Counted from the whole stretch's first letter, positions 50,294-63,538 are shown. The stretch: DNA of 63,538 nucleotides, filler included, from Octopus bimaculoides (GCF_001194135.2; 6 parts of 6 records of this genome joined end to end with filler, not necessarily neighbours in it), one strand, 5' to 3'. The notes: generated from the letters alone by a model not told the origin. Translations and numbers: made by a program.

Positions 50294-50507
50294 AAGGTGG
50301 CGAGCTGGCAGAAACGTTAGCACGCCTGGCGAAATGCTTAGCAGTATTTCGTCTGTCTTTACATTCTGAGTTCAAATTCCGCCGAGGTCGACTTTGCCTT
50401 TCATCCTTTCGGGATCGATAAATTAGGTACCAGTTGGGTACTGAGGTCGATCTAATCGACTGTCTCCCTGCCTCAAAATTTCGGGCCTTGTACCTAGAGT
50501 AGAAAAG
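50294..50507 (+). mobile_element. SINE family D with 17-bp TSD
   Basis: TSD ATTATTACTTCAACAAA at 50277-50293 and 50508-50524. Confidence 0.9.
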
Positions 50508-50614
50508 ATTATTACTTCAACAAAGAAGTAATCATCAGTCCACTTTTTCTGGAATTTTCTCATTTCTTCAGAAATCTTCCTGATTTTAGAAGCCAAGAGA
50601 TGTGATATCTTCTT

Positions 50615-51015
50615 ATTTTCTGTCTTTTACCGGTTTCAGTTATTTGACTTCGGCTATGCTGGGGCACCGCCTTGAAGAATCTCTTAGTCGAATGAATCGA
50701 ACCTAGTACTTATTTCTTTTAAAGCCTGGTACAATCGATCTCTTTTGCCGAACAGCTAGGTAACGGGGACATAAATATACCAATAACGGTTGTTAAATGG
50801 TTGTCGGGACAAACACAGATACGAAGACACACACACACACACACACACACATACACACTCACATATACGATGGTCTTCTTTCAGTTTCCGTCTACCAAAT
50901 CCACTCACAAGGCTTTGGTCAGCTCGTGGGTATAGTAGAAGACACTTGCCCAAAGTACCATGCAGTAGTACTGAACCTGGAACCATGTGGTTGGGAAGCA
51001 AGCTTCTTACCACAC
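50615..51015 (-). mobile_element. Composite SINE (B + C)
   Basis: Reverse complement of the 36100-36492 architecture. Confidence 0.8.
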
Positions 51016-52890
51016 AGTCACGTCAACTTATATGTGTTCAATTTTCACTGCTGATGGATAAGATAATTACCATAACAAGTTGTTATAAGCAGTGGAAACA
51101 GGAAATTGAACATTAAATCAATAATTTTCATTCGTTGTTATAATGTCTTCAGTAGAGATGCCACTTTTTAAAGCCTTACGCTCTTGACCGCTTGAATGGT
51201 TGTTAATTAACTTTGGTACAACTTGGAAAAATACGTGGGTGTCCGACATTTGCGTATATATTTTAATTTTTGTGACTGGTGTATCAACACAACTAGTGTT
51301 AATAAGGTAGGCTAGTCGGGAATTCAATTGTTATTCCCCTTTAACACCAGTTTCCTTAAACCTCTGAGTGAACAAGTGAAAATGAAAAGAGAGAAAGAAA
51401 ATTTAAATAAACGTTATTCTACTTATGAAATTAGACGTAATCTTCAGAAAACCAAACGGGCCACACTGACCAAAATATTTCGATTATCTAATTTTATTTG
51501 AGTTATTTTCCTTGCTCGAGAGATATTGTTCGTTTGTTAATTGCTCCGATATTTTCAGTTGATCGAAGTTTATAATTCCTTATATTAAATATGTAAAACC
51601 GTATTGTGCCAGATGTAATACTTGAAGGTAGAGATACAATAAATAGAAGAAATCTAGCACATGTCATTTAAATTATAATTGCTTTTCAAAATGCATATTT
51701 GACTTTGGGCCAATATCGGGAGATAAGCAGCTTGATAATTACAATTGTTTTAGATTCTTATGTTAAAATAAAACAACAAACGATTCAGTTGACAGTAGCT
51801 GTTCGCCAGCTATTTAGATATTAATCCGCGTTCTCTCCTCCATTTCACCATCCCCCTCCCCCTTCTTTTCATATCCATCGTGACTCTCGGCAGTAGATCA
51901 TTATCATTACCAACAGCATTGTTTTCATTTGTCGTTTTTTTTTCTAAGTCATTTTACCAAGTTATTTTTTTAATTGCATTTACTTAGTCATTCTTTGAAA
52001 GTTATGTCAGTTAGTAAGCTTTCAAAGCTATGTTTCATTAATGAGGTTGTAATAATATGGAAACACTGTTGGAATCGTCTCCCTTACTGACCGAAAAAAA
52101 AACTGAAATAAAAAATGATAGCAATTGGCTAATGTAGTATTCTTTCCCATCACATAATCATTTCTTGCTGGTTTTTCACAGCTCTGCATTAAACATGTTG
52201 TCTCATGTTACAAATACATAGGCAAGAGTTTTTTTTTTAATCTTAAGGATGGGGGTTTGTTACTAAACACAACTCATCCAAATTAGGCAGCTCTTGTGTA
52301 GAACAGAAGTTTCCAAACTGGAATAAATTTACCTCAGGAGGTAGATTTCGAGAACCTCGAGGATAAATTTTGCCTAATTAGAAGGTAAATTATACCTACT
52401 CGGGGGTCAGTTTGCTGATTCTGGATTTATAAGTATGTATTTTGCATTTATTTTTATAAATGTGATGTTGAAAAAACAATTTAAAATAAGCTTATTTTGA
52501 GAAAAAAATTCTAAATTCCCAACCCGCTTTTCTCTCAGTTTGGATTGAATAAACATCTTAATTACTGCGCTTCTTACTACTAATCAAATAGTCTAATTTA
52601 GAGTTCTGTGTTTGGTTCTGGTAAATAAGAGAAATAAACATTGTTATAAGCTATTTTTATAGTTTAAATTTACCAGTGTTTTTAATTTCCTTTTTATTGG
52701 TTGTTTTATTATAGTAAAACTATAAACTCAAATTACTGAAGTCGTGATGGTGGGATAAATTTATTTTCAAATCGATGCCAGTGGGTACATGGAAGGAGAA
52801 AGTTTAGGAATTCTTGGTAGAGGATCTGTATGTCATACGGTTGCTGTTGCTTACCTATTTATATATCAAGTAACAACAGTTGTTTGTTAC

Positions 52891-52904
52891 GTTGCTATGG
52901 TAAT
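52891..52904. promoter_or_regulatory. RFX X-box-like motif GTTGCTATGGTAAT
   Basis: One mismatch to the palindromic GTTRCCATGGYAAC-type consensus when T is allowed at position 6; GTAAC/GTTAC/GTTGC half-sites nearby. Confidence 0.35.
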
Positions 52905-53471
52905 GTGAACGATTCATATGATTGTTTATGCTGTATTCTTTAGCAATGATTGTTTGTAACATTGCTACTGGAAAGAGGCATTCTTTTGAATCGAAGAGTT
53001 CTATTCAAATAAAACTATCACAACAGCTGTGTATGCTGCAAAAGATTGAATGGAAGTTACCAGATAAATTCATTGCCACATGTTATTTCATTTCCGCTTG
53101 ATAATAGTTTCAGTAATTTTAATATCAAGTAACAAAAGTAGAATCATACTGGGCTACAATGTAAGAATCGAAAATCGTATCATGAGAACAACGAAGCCGC
53201 GAACATCACATCGATATGTAACTTTAATTAGGTAAAAAAAGAAAATATAATGAAAAAAAGATTCATAAATTATAGACTGTCATAACTTTATACTGTCAAG
53301 TTATACACCGTCAAAACTTTCTATCGTCAAATTATACACCGTCATAAATTATAGAAAGTCATAAATAATACACCATCATAAATTATACAACGCATAAATT
53401 ATACAACGTCATAAATTATACACCGTTACAAATTATACAGTATCACAAATTATATCGTGATTAAAATAAAA

Positions 53472-53770
53472 CTGACACTCCGTTGCTTATAACGACGAGG
53501 GTTCCAGTCGATCCGATCAACGGAACAGCCTGCTCATGAATTTAACATGCTGAGGACTCCACAGACACGCGTACCCTTAACGTAGTTCTCAGAGATATTC
53601 GGAGTGACACAGAATGTGACAAGGCTGGCTCTTTGAAATACAGGTACTACTCATTTTTGCCAGCTGAGTGGACTGCAGTAACGTGAAATAAAAGTGCCTT
53701 GCCCAAGGACACAAATCGCCGCGAATTGAACTTACGACCTTACGATTATGAGCCGAATACTCTAGCTACT
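53472..53770 (-). mobile_element. SINE family G (CpG-intact)
   Basis: Homologous to 23462-23745; shares its tail with family A. Confidence 0.75.
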
Positions 53771-53990
53771 TGCCTTCAGATATTGTGAATTACATATTAT
53801 AAATTACAAATGTCTTATATTAAAGAAGCAAATTATAAAAAAGACATAAATGATATCGTAAATTATACAACGTCATAAATTATATGTAGAATTATACAAT
53901 GTCGTAAATCATACATCATAAATTATGGAACATCATACATTACACAAAATGTAAAATTTACTACAAAATGAATTATGCAATATTGTAAAT

Positions 53991-55700
53991 CAATGTTTCC
54001 CAATGTGTGACCTGGCAAAATTCATGGCAGCCACAAAGAAATTCGGGAATTAGGGGATAGGCAAAGCTCAATAAAGAGAGTCACACAACTAAAATTCTGT
54101 TTCTTCCTAAAATTTTCTGTCATTGTCTTTAATTTTTAAAAAATCACACAGGAAATATACGCATTCACATACATCATATATACACAATGCATTTTCTATA
54201 TCTTAAGTTCTGTCATGACTGAAAGAAATGGGATTCACTTGACAATTTGGTAATAATTTATCATTGACGAATAAAATATTAAGTTGTCATTGGAAAGTCT
54301 TGTATGAATTAAATACTATGTTACTGTTTTGAAGTTCATACATCTGGTGACAATCTCTAAGGGTTATTGCCTGTGTTGCTTCGTTGAATTTTGCGAGTGT
54401 TATAATATTTCTGAGTGGTGAGCAGATTGAAGAAGAAATCCAAACTTCCAAATATGACGGATCTTACCTTTCAGATATATTTGAGGAGCTAAATTTGCCG
54501 AAGAAACAGCTGTAAGGTAGAAATATAAAGACAAATCATTTAGTTTATAAAGAAGCTATTAGTGTCTTACTTGGAAAACTTAATCTATTCAGGATAACTA
54601 TTGGGTATAAGGAGTTGTTCATTTTGTAACTTTTACCCCTATTGAGGAGGGAGCTGCAAGAGGATCATATTTTAGTGTACGTTGAGCACTTGAAGAAATT
54701 GTACAATGATATGGAAATTAGATTCAAAGCTCTTCTGGAAAGAACATTCCAAATTGGATGGTAAACCTATTTGGGATAAACGTAGCTGATGTTGTTCAAG
54801 CTAAATTTTATCATGAACTCAATAACTTATGAACAAGTAGCAAACTTACTATGAAATCTTCATTGATTTGGCAGTAAGTAAAATTATATTTCATTGTTTT
54901 TTTTACTTCTTTCCAAGCTGTGTCAGGGTTTAGCCGAGTGTCTTTCTTATTACCAAAAGCTTGCAATGACTTATAAAATGTAAGCAGAGGTGGTCTTCAT
55001 TTGTTTCTAACAACCATGGACACGCGATATTAGAAAATTGTGAAATTGCATCAGCCACAAGGATATCACTGAATAAATACAGTAAAAAGGAAATTTTGGT
55101 TTTATTATTTTGCAAAAGGATTTTATTTTTATGCTGAAAAAGTAGATAATTGTTTTTGAAGTTATTAATTTTTCTGGAAGTCAATAGAAGTTATTTTTGG
55201 TATGAATGTTACATGAAAAATATAACATATGATTATAAGTGGTTGTTTTATTGAATATTTTTTTTTTGTTTTTGTGAAATATAATAGAGAATAAATGTGC
55301 AATTAATTGACACTGATATTTTTATGGGGTTTATTACATTAAAGATAGAAAACACTTCACTTTTGAAAAAGAATTTTAAAAAATGTTTATTTATAAATTT
55401 TTGTTCAGAAATTGTTTTCATTACAAATTATCAATGTTTAAATATTCATAGAAATAAATTTGATGATAATAAAACTAATTTAGAGCAATTAATATTTAAA
55501 ATTTTGTTATTATTCAATAAATGTTACAAATTGTATTTTTACTAAAGGTTTTTATTTTTTTCAAAATAGACCTGTTTCTACTATTAGCCATTTATTACAA
55601 AATTGAGGTACATATTTCACTAATAATGATCAGGGGAAGAAGATGTACAAAAGATTCCAAGGGAGAAGGAGTCATAAACTAAAAAAGTTGGAAACCACTG
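53991..55700 (+). mobile_element. Decayed hAT (Buster/Charlie, SCAND3-like) transposon with both TIRs
   Basis: TIRs CAATGTTTCCCAA... / ...TTGGAAACCACTG; remnants YLSDIFEELN...QL*G, LGKLNLF, EHLKKLYNDMEIRFKAL, IPNWMVNLF; flanks TGTAAAT/TGTAACT may be a degraded TSD. Confidence 0.78.
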
Positions 55701-58059
55701 TGTAACTTATACAAAGCTATAAATTATATGTAACATTATAGAATGCGGTAAATTGTAAGTCATAAATAACACAACATCTTAAATTACACAATCTTAAATT
55801 ATACGACGTCATAAGTTATATATCAAAAAGATTGCAACGTCATAAATTATACAATGTCATAAATTGCACGTCATAAATTATACAATATCATATAGTATAC
55901 AACGCCATATATTATACAATGTCATAAATTATACAAAATCACAGATAATAAGACCGTCGTAAATTCTATAACGTAGTAATTATAATATAACATCACAAAT
56001 TTTACAATTCACAAAGTAAGGTTTATGACCATAAGATACCGATCTTGGAACTAGTTTGACGAGATTATATTAAGTTCAATGTTTTCTCCAAAACCTTAGC
56101 GCAGCAATGCTACAGTATACAAACCAAAGACTATTTTGTCTCAAGTACTCAATTCTATCAAACATTCTAATTTAATATATTAACGCCGTGCAAATACTTT
56201 CCATTGAACAGCAGCTAGCTGGTGCATTAACGGTCAAAAATTAGGTCTGTATATCTAGGTCTGTAATTTACGAACATTAATACTAACGGCGCTTGTCACA
56301 CTTTCAGTTCCCTAAATGTCCTTGTCAAAAGCTCAATTGTAACAAGACAACAAAAGAATCTCGTCCTGCTATAAATAGTCTCAAATTTGCTTCTAATCAC
56401 ACTCGGCTATTTTACAACAGAAAAAAAAACTTCCTATAATGTAGACCTGTATATACAATGCCTGCCGAAAATGTCGGAAGAATCACAGCTTGAACGCCTT
56501 CAATAATAGAGTTGTAAATCTATTATTATCAGGGGATAAACAGAAACAACAAAGACCCAGTTGTGATTGCCAATTTCATAATTATCCATTCCAAATATAT
56601 CAGTTATACAACTGTAGTCGAATAAAACTTTACTAATGACCAATTAGTAATCGTCTATGTACACATTAACTTCTTCATTCTAAGCGATTTCTCACAAAAG
56701 CGTTAATGAAAGAAAAGGCTATTCTATAAGTGACAGATAATAGACTGATAAGAAAATTTTTTAAAAATCAAAACGCCATTTGCTGAATTCGACTGAATTC
56801 ACTGAATATTTTGGAAAATTTATTCAGCAATGTCTCTGTTGTTTATTCTCATCAGCAGCTGATCAATTACCAGGACAATGACTTAATGAATAAAAGACGA
56901 ATTAGAGTCTGTGATTTATATTAATAGTTCACAAAAGTTCAATACGAATTCGAGGGAATTATATCAAGAAATCCCTTGAAGTTGATTGGCAAATATACGA
57001 GTTATTGATGTGTTTAGCCTCAGATCAGCTTCTGATGAATATTGCATTATAAACTTGAGCAAATGTTGAATTCTCTTCATTGCGCACAAAATCGAATATT
57101 ATATAATGCACTCTTCAATGATTTCGTTCTGTCTAATGTATCCCCACTACGTCTAAGCAGTGCATCTAATTAATTGTTCATTTATAACTGATATTCATTA
57201 ATTCGACACTTTTAAGTATGAATATTAAAGCACGAATTAATCTTTTCTTGAATTTCAATTATGAACATTTTAGGTAAAAGCGAAATCCATAAATCATTTA
57301 AATCGTTTGTTATTCTTTTTTACATAAATAATATGCATAAAATTTTGTGAATCTAGCCTGTAGTGTAAAATTCCTGTTAGCCATTTTCAGCACAATAGCT
57401 TAATGAATTCTTAGAATTTCTGTAAGTTATACTAATAGTTCACAAAAGTTCAATACCAATTCGAAGAATTATAATAGTATATCATTTGAGGTTGATTAGT
57501 AAATATATCACTTGCAGATATATTTTGCTCGTAATCAATAGCTGTTGGAGCAGACCTATTATCTAAGGCCATTTTTTATTTTTTTTATTTTTGTTTTTAG
57601 ATATAGTGTATCTAAGACTACATTGTCGAAAAATGTCGTGCTTTTTAAAGGTGGGTGAACATTATTTGAGGGAGACTGGGCTACTATTTTAACAGGTCTA
57701 ATTCCTGAGTAAAGTCTCTCACATCAACAAATATTTTTAAATCTTTGTGTTTCTTCTTTTTCTTCTTTATTTTTACGTCTTTCAGTTATTGGTCTGTGGC
57801 CATGCTGGGAAACCGCTATGAAGTATTTTAGCCGAACAAATCGATCTCAATATTTATTTTTTAAGTGGGAGCCACGTGAGCAAGGGAGGAGGAGTGAGGG
57901 AGAGAGAGTGACAGAATAATAGGATAGAATAGTGGGAGAAGAAGAGGTAAAAGAATAAGAGAGAGAAAGAGAGAAAAACGAAAGAGTAAAAAGATCGTAG
58001 AGAGTGCGCATCAGAATTAAGATTAAACTTACTTGGAAGAGAATGCGCGGCGTTCAATC

Positions 58060-58110
<51 letters not shown>

Positions 58111-58283
58111 GAAGAAGAAGAAGAAGAAGAAGAAGAAAAATACGAAAACTGTTGACAATGCATAGAATGCACCACCCTAAGGCNNNNNNNNNNNNNNNNN
58201 NNNNNNNNNNNNNNNNNNNNNNNNNNNTTAATTAATTAANNNNNNNNNNNNNNNNNNNNNNNNNNNNNNNNNNNNNNNNNNNN

Positions 58284-58330
<47 letters not shown>

Positions 58331-58339
58331 TATATATTA

Positions 58340-58790
58340 AAAATGAACGAAGAGAGAGATCAAAATCAGTTAGTCGGCATGATGAACTGAATGCTTTGGT
58401 TAAACGAAATCCGAAAACAACGGTCGGAAAAATCGGATCAGAGCTCCAGACATCTCCCGCAACTACTTCTCGACATTTGAAGAAAATTGTAAAAGTCAAA
58501 AAATGGATAGGTTTATTCCCCATCAACTTAATGAGATTCAAAGAAATAAACGCCTTACAGTGTGTTCCATGTTGATTTCTCGGTTGGAAAGAGAACCATT
58601 TTTGTATCGACTCAATACGTGTGATGAAAAATGGATACTCTTTGATAACAGCAGGAGGACAGGTCAGTAGTTAAGATGCAGGAGAGTCATCAAAACACTA
58701 CCCAAAACTACCATTGGAATTTAAAAAGTTGATGGTCACTGTATGGTGGTGTACGTTCAGTCGTACATTGCGTCAGCCGGGTCAGTATAT
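58340..58790 (+). mobile_element. mariner (DD34D-type) transposase relic
   Basis: DELNALVKRNPKTT...FIPHQL (WVPHEL-like)...PFLYRLNTCDEKWILFDN...KKLMVTVWW, with a frameshift and a stop. Confidence 0.88.
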
Positions 58791-58900
58791 TATGTATGTA
58801 TGTATGTATGTATGTATGTATGTGTGTGTATGTATGTATGTATGTATGTATGTATGTATGTATGTATGTATGAAGGTATGAGTGTTTGTATGTATGTATG

Positions 58901-58934
<34 letters not shown>

Positions 58935-59869
58935 TGTATGTATGCATGCAAGTATGTATGTATTTACGTATGCATGCGTGTAGTGTATATAGATATATGT
59001 TTGTGTGTGTGTGTGCGTATTATTTAAAACGGTTTGATTCGCTTCTATGCAACTTAAAGTTTCAAGGGCCTCAAACAGAAGTCTGTCTCTTTTAGGCTTT
59101 AGATTAAATAATACACGTGACTCCAACTAATTGTGTTGAGTGCTCTTTTCTTTCGTTTGTCCGATCGTGCTTAAATTCCTAGAGAAAGACAAAGCGAGAC
59201 AGATGGAGAGATAAAGAGATAGAGATAAAGAGAAAGATAGAGAGAATGAAAGCTAGTTACAGAAACAGAGAGAGAAAGTGAGGGAGAAAGAGAGAGAGAG
59301 AGAGGGCCAGAGACAAGTAATTGCCTGCGATGAGTTAATCTACTTCTCGGCAGGATTTGATCTCGGCATGCAAAGAATATCGTGGGGCAAGATATCAGAG
59401 GTTTTCAATATTATACTAAATCATCTACATTAGAAGCCTCAGACAAAAGCATTAAGATCACACAGCTAAAGAGATTTTGAAGAAGAACTACCAGTTCTAT
59501 AGCTGTGTGAAGTGGAATGTTTAAAGGTTCAGATCCTTAATTGATTACTTAATTGTTATTAACACCAGACTCTCGACAGATTTCATCTTTCGACTCCTAA
59601 AGCCCCCATCTTCATAACTAACGATGCAAATTTCATACTGGTGATCGTTTCACAAATACGTGAATATCAAATCTGTTGTTTACAGAATCAACTTTCTTAT
59701 TAAGAATTAGAAAATATATCAGTTCGGATTAGTTGATAACTCTGTAGACCTAATCGCACTTTTAAATAGATAACCGACTCAATAAAGAGCGATCATCAGG
59801 AATTGCAAACAACAGCCAATCGATATGTATATATACATATATTTATATATATATATATATATATACATA

Positions 59870-59906
<37 letters not shown>

Positions 59907-59992
59907 NNNNNNNNNNNNNNNNNNNNNNNNNNNNNNNNNNNNNNNNNNNNNNNNNNNNNNNNNNNNNNNNNNNNNNNNNNNNNNNNNNNNNN

Positions 59993-60032
<40 letters not shown>

Positions 60033-60162
60033 TATCAAACATAAATTAAAAACAGAACATGTATATATATATATATGTATGTATAAATATGTATGCGTAT
60101 GTACGTATATACATATGTATATATGCATACATACACACACATACAAACATGCACACAGGCAT

Positions 60163-60200
<38 letters not shown>

Positions 60201-60356
60201 TTATATATATACATGCACGCACATATATGTATGCACACATTTGAATTAACGAATGAAGAAAGGCATTCAATATATGCAGGTATACATAGCTGAATTTATT
60301 CTTTCGTTGTTCGAAGCTGTTCTTGCGCGTCAGTGCATGCATAGGTGTAATCGGTA

Positions 60357-60391
<35 letters not shown>

Positions 60392-61254
60392 NNNNNNNNN
60401 NNNNNNNNNNNNNNNNNNNNNNNNNNNNNNNNNNNNNNNNNNAATACACCTATAGATAAATAAATAAATAGCTGAATATAAGTTAATTAAAATGTCCTTT
60501 CTCCATCATTCTGTCTATATTCCTTTCTTCTATTCCTCTTTCTTTCTGTCTCCCGATTTGTCTCCCTGTATTTTCATTTCTTCGTTCTCTTCTCTTTGTC
60601 TTTCTGCTTTCCCCTTTCCCTATCTCTGTAAAATTCACTCCCTTAACATAACCCTTAAACACCATTCATTCTTTCTTCTTCATTTCGTTCTTTACCTTTC
60701 CCTCCATTTTCCCCGCCTCTCATTCTTAAATCGCTCGCTCGCTCATTTTCCCTTCCAATCCACGCATGTTCGATGAGCGACCAGGGGACACTGAAAGTTG
60801 ACTCCATAAGAATCGTTAGCTTAGCATGTGCATGTATATAAGTGTAAGGGTCGTGAATAGAGTTCAAGTGGAGTTAACAGATGGGTGGTCCGAAGTGGAT
60901 TAGAAAAGAATGAAAGATCGTTAGCGTTTCAAAACTGGAGTTGGAACGAATTATGGGGTTAGTGATCGAGCAGATTTGGTACTCATAAATATTTTCTGAG
61001 TATGCGTATATTTGTGCAGGTAAATAAGTGCATATATGCATATAATTATAAGCATATATGCATAAATGCATATATATATACATATANNNNNNNNNNNNNN
61101 NNNNNNNNNNNNNNNNNNNNNNNNNNNNNNTTAATTAATTAANNNNNNNNNNNNNNNNNNNNNNNNNNNNNNNNNNNNNNNNNNNNTATATATATATATA
61201 TATATGTGCATGAGATTTCTATACATCTTAAATTTGCAGAGGAATCTGTTGTGG

Positions 61255-61329
61255 GGGAGTTTAGCTCAATCGGTCAGAGCATCGTGACACGTAATCACGG
61301 AGATGAGAGTTCGAGTCCCACAGCTAACC
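61255..61329 (+). pseudogene. Degenerate tRNA-like gene, anticodon CGT (Thr-like)
   Basis: D arm GCTC/GAGC, anticodon stem CGTGA/TCACG with loop CACGTAA, B box GTTCGAGTCC, downstream T7 run. Acceptor and T stems carry mismatches and position 33 is A rather than U. Confidence 0.6.
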
Positions 61330-61989
61330 ACCTACACTTTTTTTCTGCAAAATAAGGGTAGTTTATCCTGTTCAGGCTATATTATAAGCATTATCCTGCG
61401 ATTGAGAATCTAAAATCACTTCTTTAACTTTCATAAAGCTTCAGGTTCGATTCGCTGCATGACTTTTGCGAAAGTATATTTCACCATAGTCTCGAGTCGG
61501 AAAGAACATTGAGAGACAAAATGGATAAACGGAAACAATGTGGAAGCCCAGTGAATCGATTGTATTTGTATTTCAAAGAACCAACCATTGTTTCACATAT
61601 ACCGTGTCGCAATGATTCTGCATGAAAATTATGTTAAGATTTGGACGTGTCTGAGGTGAACTGAGCCACTAAATTTCTGTTTTTTTTTTCAGCCTGGAGC
61701 TTATTCTGTCGGTCAATTTTGCTGAAATGCTACGTTACGCAGACATAAACAGACCAACACCGGTTGTCAAGCGGTGGAGTGAACAAACACTAATTTATTT
61801 AGCAGACATATCAAGTTATTGAACAAGCAACACAACGTATCTGAGGTGAACTCAACCACTAGTTTATTGACAAAAAATATTTTCTCCTCGGTCTGATACT
61901 TCTATCGGTCTTTTGCCGAACTGCTACGTTATGGAGATGCAAACAAACCAGCACCGGTTATTAAGAAGTGGAGTGAACAAAGACTAATA

Positions 61990-62160
61990 TACAGGCGCAG
62001 GAGTGGCTGTGGGGTAAGTAGCTTGCTTACCAACCACATGGTTCCGTGTTCAGTCCTACTGCGTGGCACCTTGGGCAAGTGTCTTCTACTATAGCCTCGG
62101 GGCGACCAAAGCCTTGTCAGTGGATTTGGTAAACGGAAACTGAAAAGAAGCTCGTGGTAT
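61990..62160 (+). mobile_element. SINE family B (reference-like copy)
   Basis: GGCGCAGGAGTGGCTG...GGCACCTTGGGCAAGTG (CORE-like)...GAAACTGAAAAGAAGC. Confidence 0.88.
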
Positions 62161-63363
62161 ATATGTATATGTATATATATATATATNNNNNNNNNNNNNN
62201 NNNNNNNNNNNNNNNNNNNNNNNNNNNNNNNNNNNNNNNNNNNNNNNNNNNNNNNNNNNNNNNNNNNNNNNNNNNNNNNNNNNNNNNNNNNNNNNNNNNN
62301 NNNNNNNNNNNNNNNNNNNNNNNNNNNNNNNNNNNNNNNNNNNNNNNNNNNNNNNNNNNNNNNNNNNNNNNNNNNNNNNNNNNNNNNNNNNNNNNNNNNN
62401 NNNNNNNNNNNNNNNNNNNNNNNNNNNNNNNNNNNNNNNNNNNNNNNNNNNNNNNNNNNNNNNNNNNNNNNNNNNNNNNNNNNNNNNNNNNNNNNNNNNN
62501 NNNNNNNNNNNNNNNNNNNNNNNNNNNNNNNNNNNNNNNNNNNNNNNNNNNNNNNNNNNNNNNNNNNNNNNNNNNNNNNNNNNNNNNNNNNNNNNNNNNN
62601 NNNNNNNNNNNNNNNNNNNNNNNNNNNNNNNNNNNNNNNAAAAAAAAAAGTGTATATTAAACAGACATGTCAGGTGACTGAACAAGCCACCCAGCGACAT
62701 TTCAATTTACCTTCGCTTTTCTATTACGTGTATGTACACGCTACACGCGCGAGAGGAATGTAGGGTAATCGTGAAATAAGTTACAAGGTCAAATAGGGAT
62801 ATTAAGATTTTCATGTTGGTTCATGACTATGAGTTACCCTAACACGTGCTGAAGACTAAACCAGGCTTTATTCTTGAACTTTTACATTAAGCTTTAGTCG
62901 TTCGACTGTAACCATGTTCGGTCTCGGCTTTGAAATGCGTTTAAAGTCTCATGGATCGATTTCGGGGCTTATTTAAACGTTTCGTACTTATTTTGTACTT
63001 ATTCTTCGGTTTTTCCTCGAGCTGCTGTGGAATATATAGGAGTACAGAAATGAACACAGGGTGCCGAGAGCTGGTTGGTGAGGGCGCTTGACAAACACAG
63101 ACATAAAGATATACACAGAAATACAGATGCGCATACCTATACGCATGTATATATACATACATGCAAACACACACACACATATATGTGTATATATACACAT
63201 ATATATTGTATTGCTATACACTGTTCGTCATTTCGTATTGTTTTAGCTTTCAAATAATATCAGTCGCTGCTTAATTTATATATATATATATATATACAAA
63301 GTTTAAAATTTAAAAGAGAGTTTTGACGCTAATATCCATTATTATTGAAATTTATTCCTATGT

Positions 63364-63394
<31 letters not shown>

Positions 63395-63396
<2 letters not shown>

Positions 63397-63538
63397 TCTT
63401 TTACTCGTTTACTTGTTTCAGTCTTTTGACTGTGGCCATGCTGGAGCACCGCCTTTAGTCGAGCAAATCGACCCCAGGACTTATTCTTTAGAAGCCTAGT
63501 ACTTATTCTATCGATCTCTTTTGCCGAACCGCTAAGTT
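63395..63538 (-). mobile_element. Family C SINE tail, truncated by the window end
   Basis: Reverse complement of GCGGTTCGGCAAAAGAG...GGCGGTGCTCCAGCATGGCC...GACTGAAACAAGTAAA. Confidence 0.85.

Larger units (their letters stand above)
53270..55990. repeat. Diverged ~17-bp tandem array (CATAAATTATACAACGT-like) split by a SINE and a hAT element
   Basis: Same-orientation units at 53270-53460, 53800-53990 and 55705-55990. Confidence 0.85.

Noticed and set aside
1113-62700. Long ORFs in the track that span N runs or read as (YI)n, (HT)n, (CV)n, poly-I/N/E/S
   Set aside because: They are artefacts of assembly gaps and of (TA)n, (CA)n, (TATG)n, (AAT)n and (TTC)n microsatellites, not genes.
1-63538. 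CRISPR arrays, rRNA genes, prokaryotic operons or defence systems
   Set aside because: None seen; the sequence is eukaryotic repeat-rich DNA, and the tandem repeats lack unique spacers.

Overview
AT-rich, gap-riddled eukaryotic genomic DNA, dense in microsatellites and tRNA-derived SINEs. The repeat families and composition suggest a coleoid cephalopod (Octopus-like); this is an inference. I recognised no host protein-coding gene, and nearly every ORF in the supplied track is a microsatellite or N-gap artefact. The supportable content is mostly mobile DNA: several SINE families (two copies with clear TSDs), RTE, CR1/L2 and L1/Tx1 LINE fragments, and at least five pieces of R4/Dong-type (restriction-like endonuclease) retrotransposons, several embedded in (TAA)n arrays. 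Also present are Penelope-like termini with hammerhead-like cores, Tc1 and mariner transposase relics, a 120-bp Tc1/mariner MITE, two decayed hAT (Charlie/Buster-type) transposons, and an internally deleted Chapaev3-type element with both ends and a TTA TSD. Non-TE signals are a CpG-rich regulatory island at 27.5-28.9 kb and a shift in CpG decay across it: repeats to the left are mostly CpG-depleted, consistent with a methylated gene body running leftwards. That left domain holds four long fold-back hairpins, the largest about 580 bp. An RFX X-box-like motif lies at 52.9 kb and a degenerate tRNA-like gene at 61.3 kb. The TTAATTAATTAA islands inside N runs are assembly spacers.
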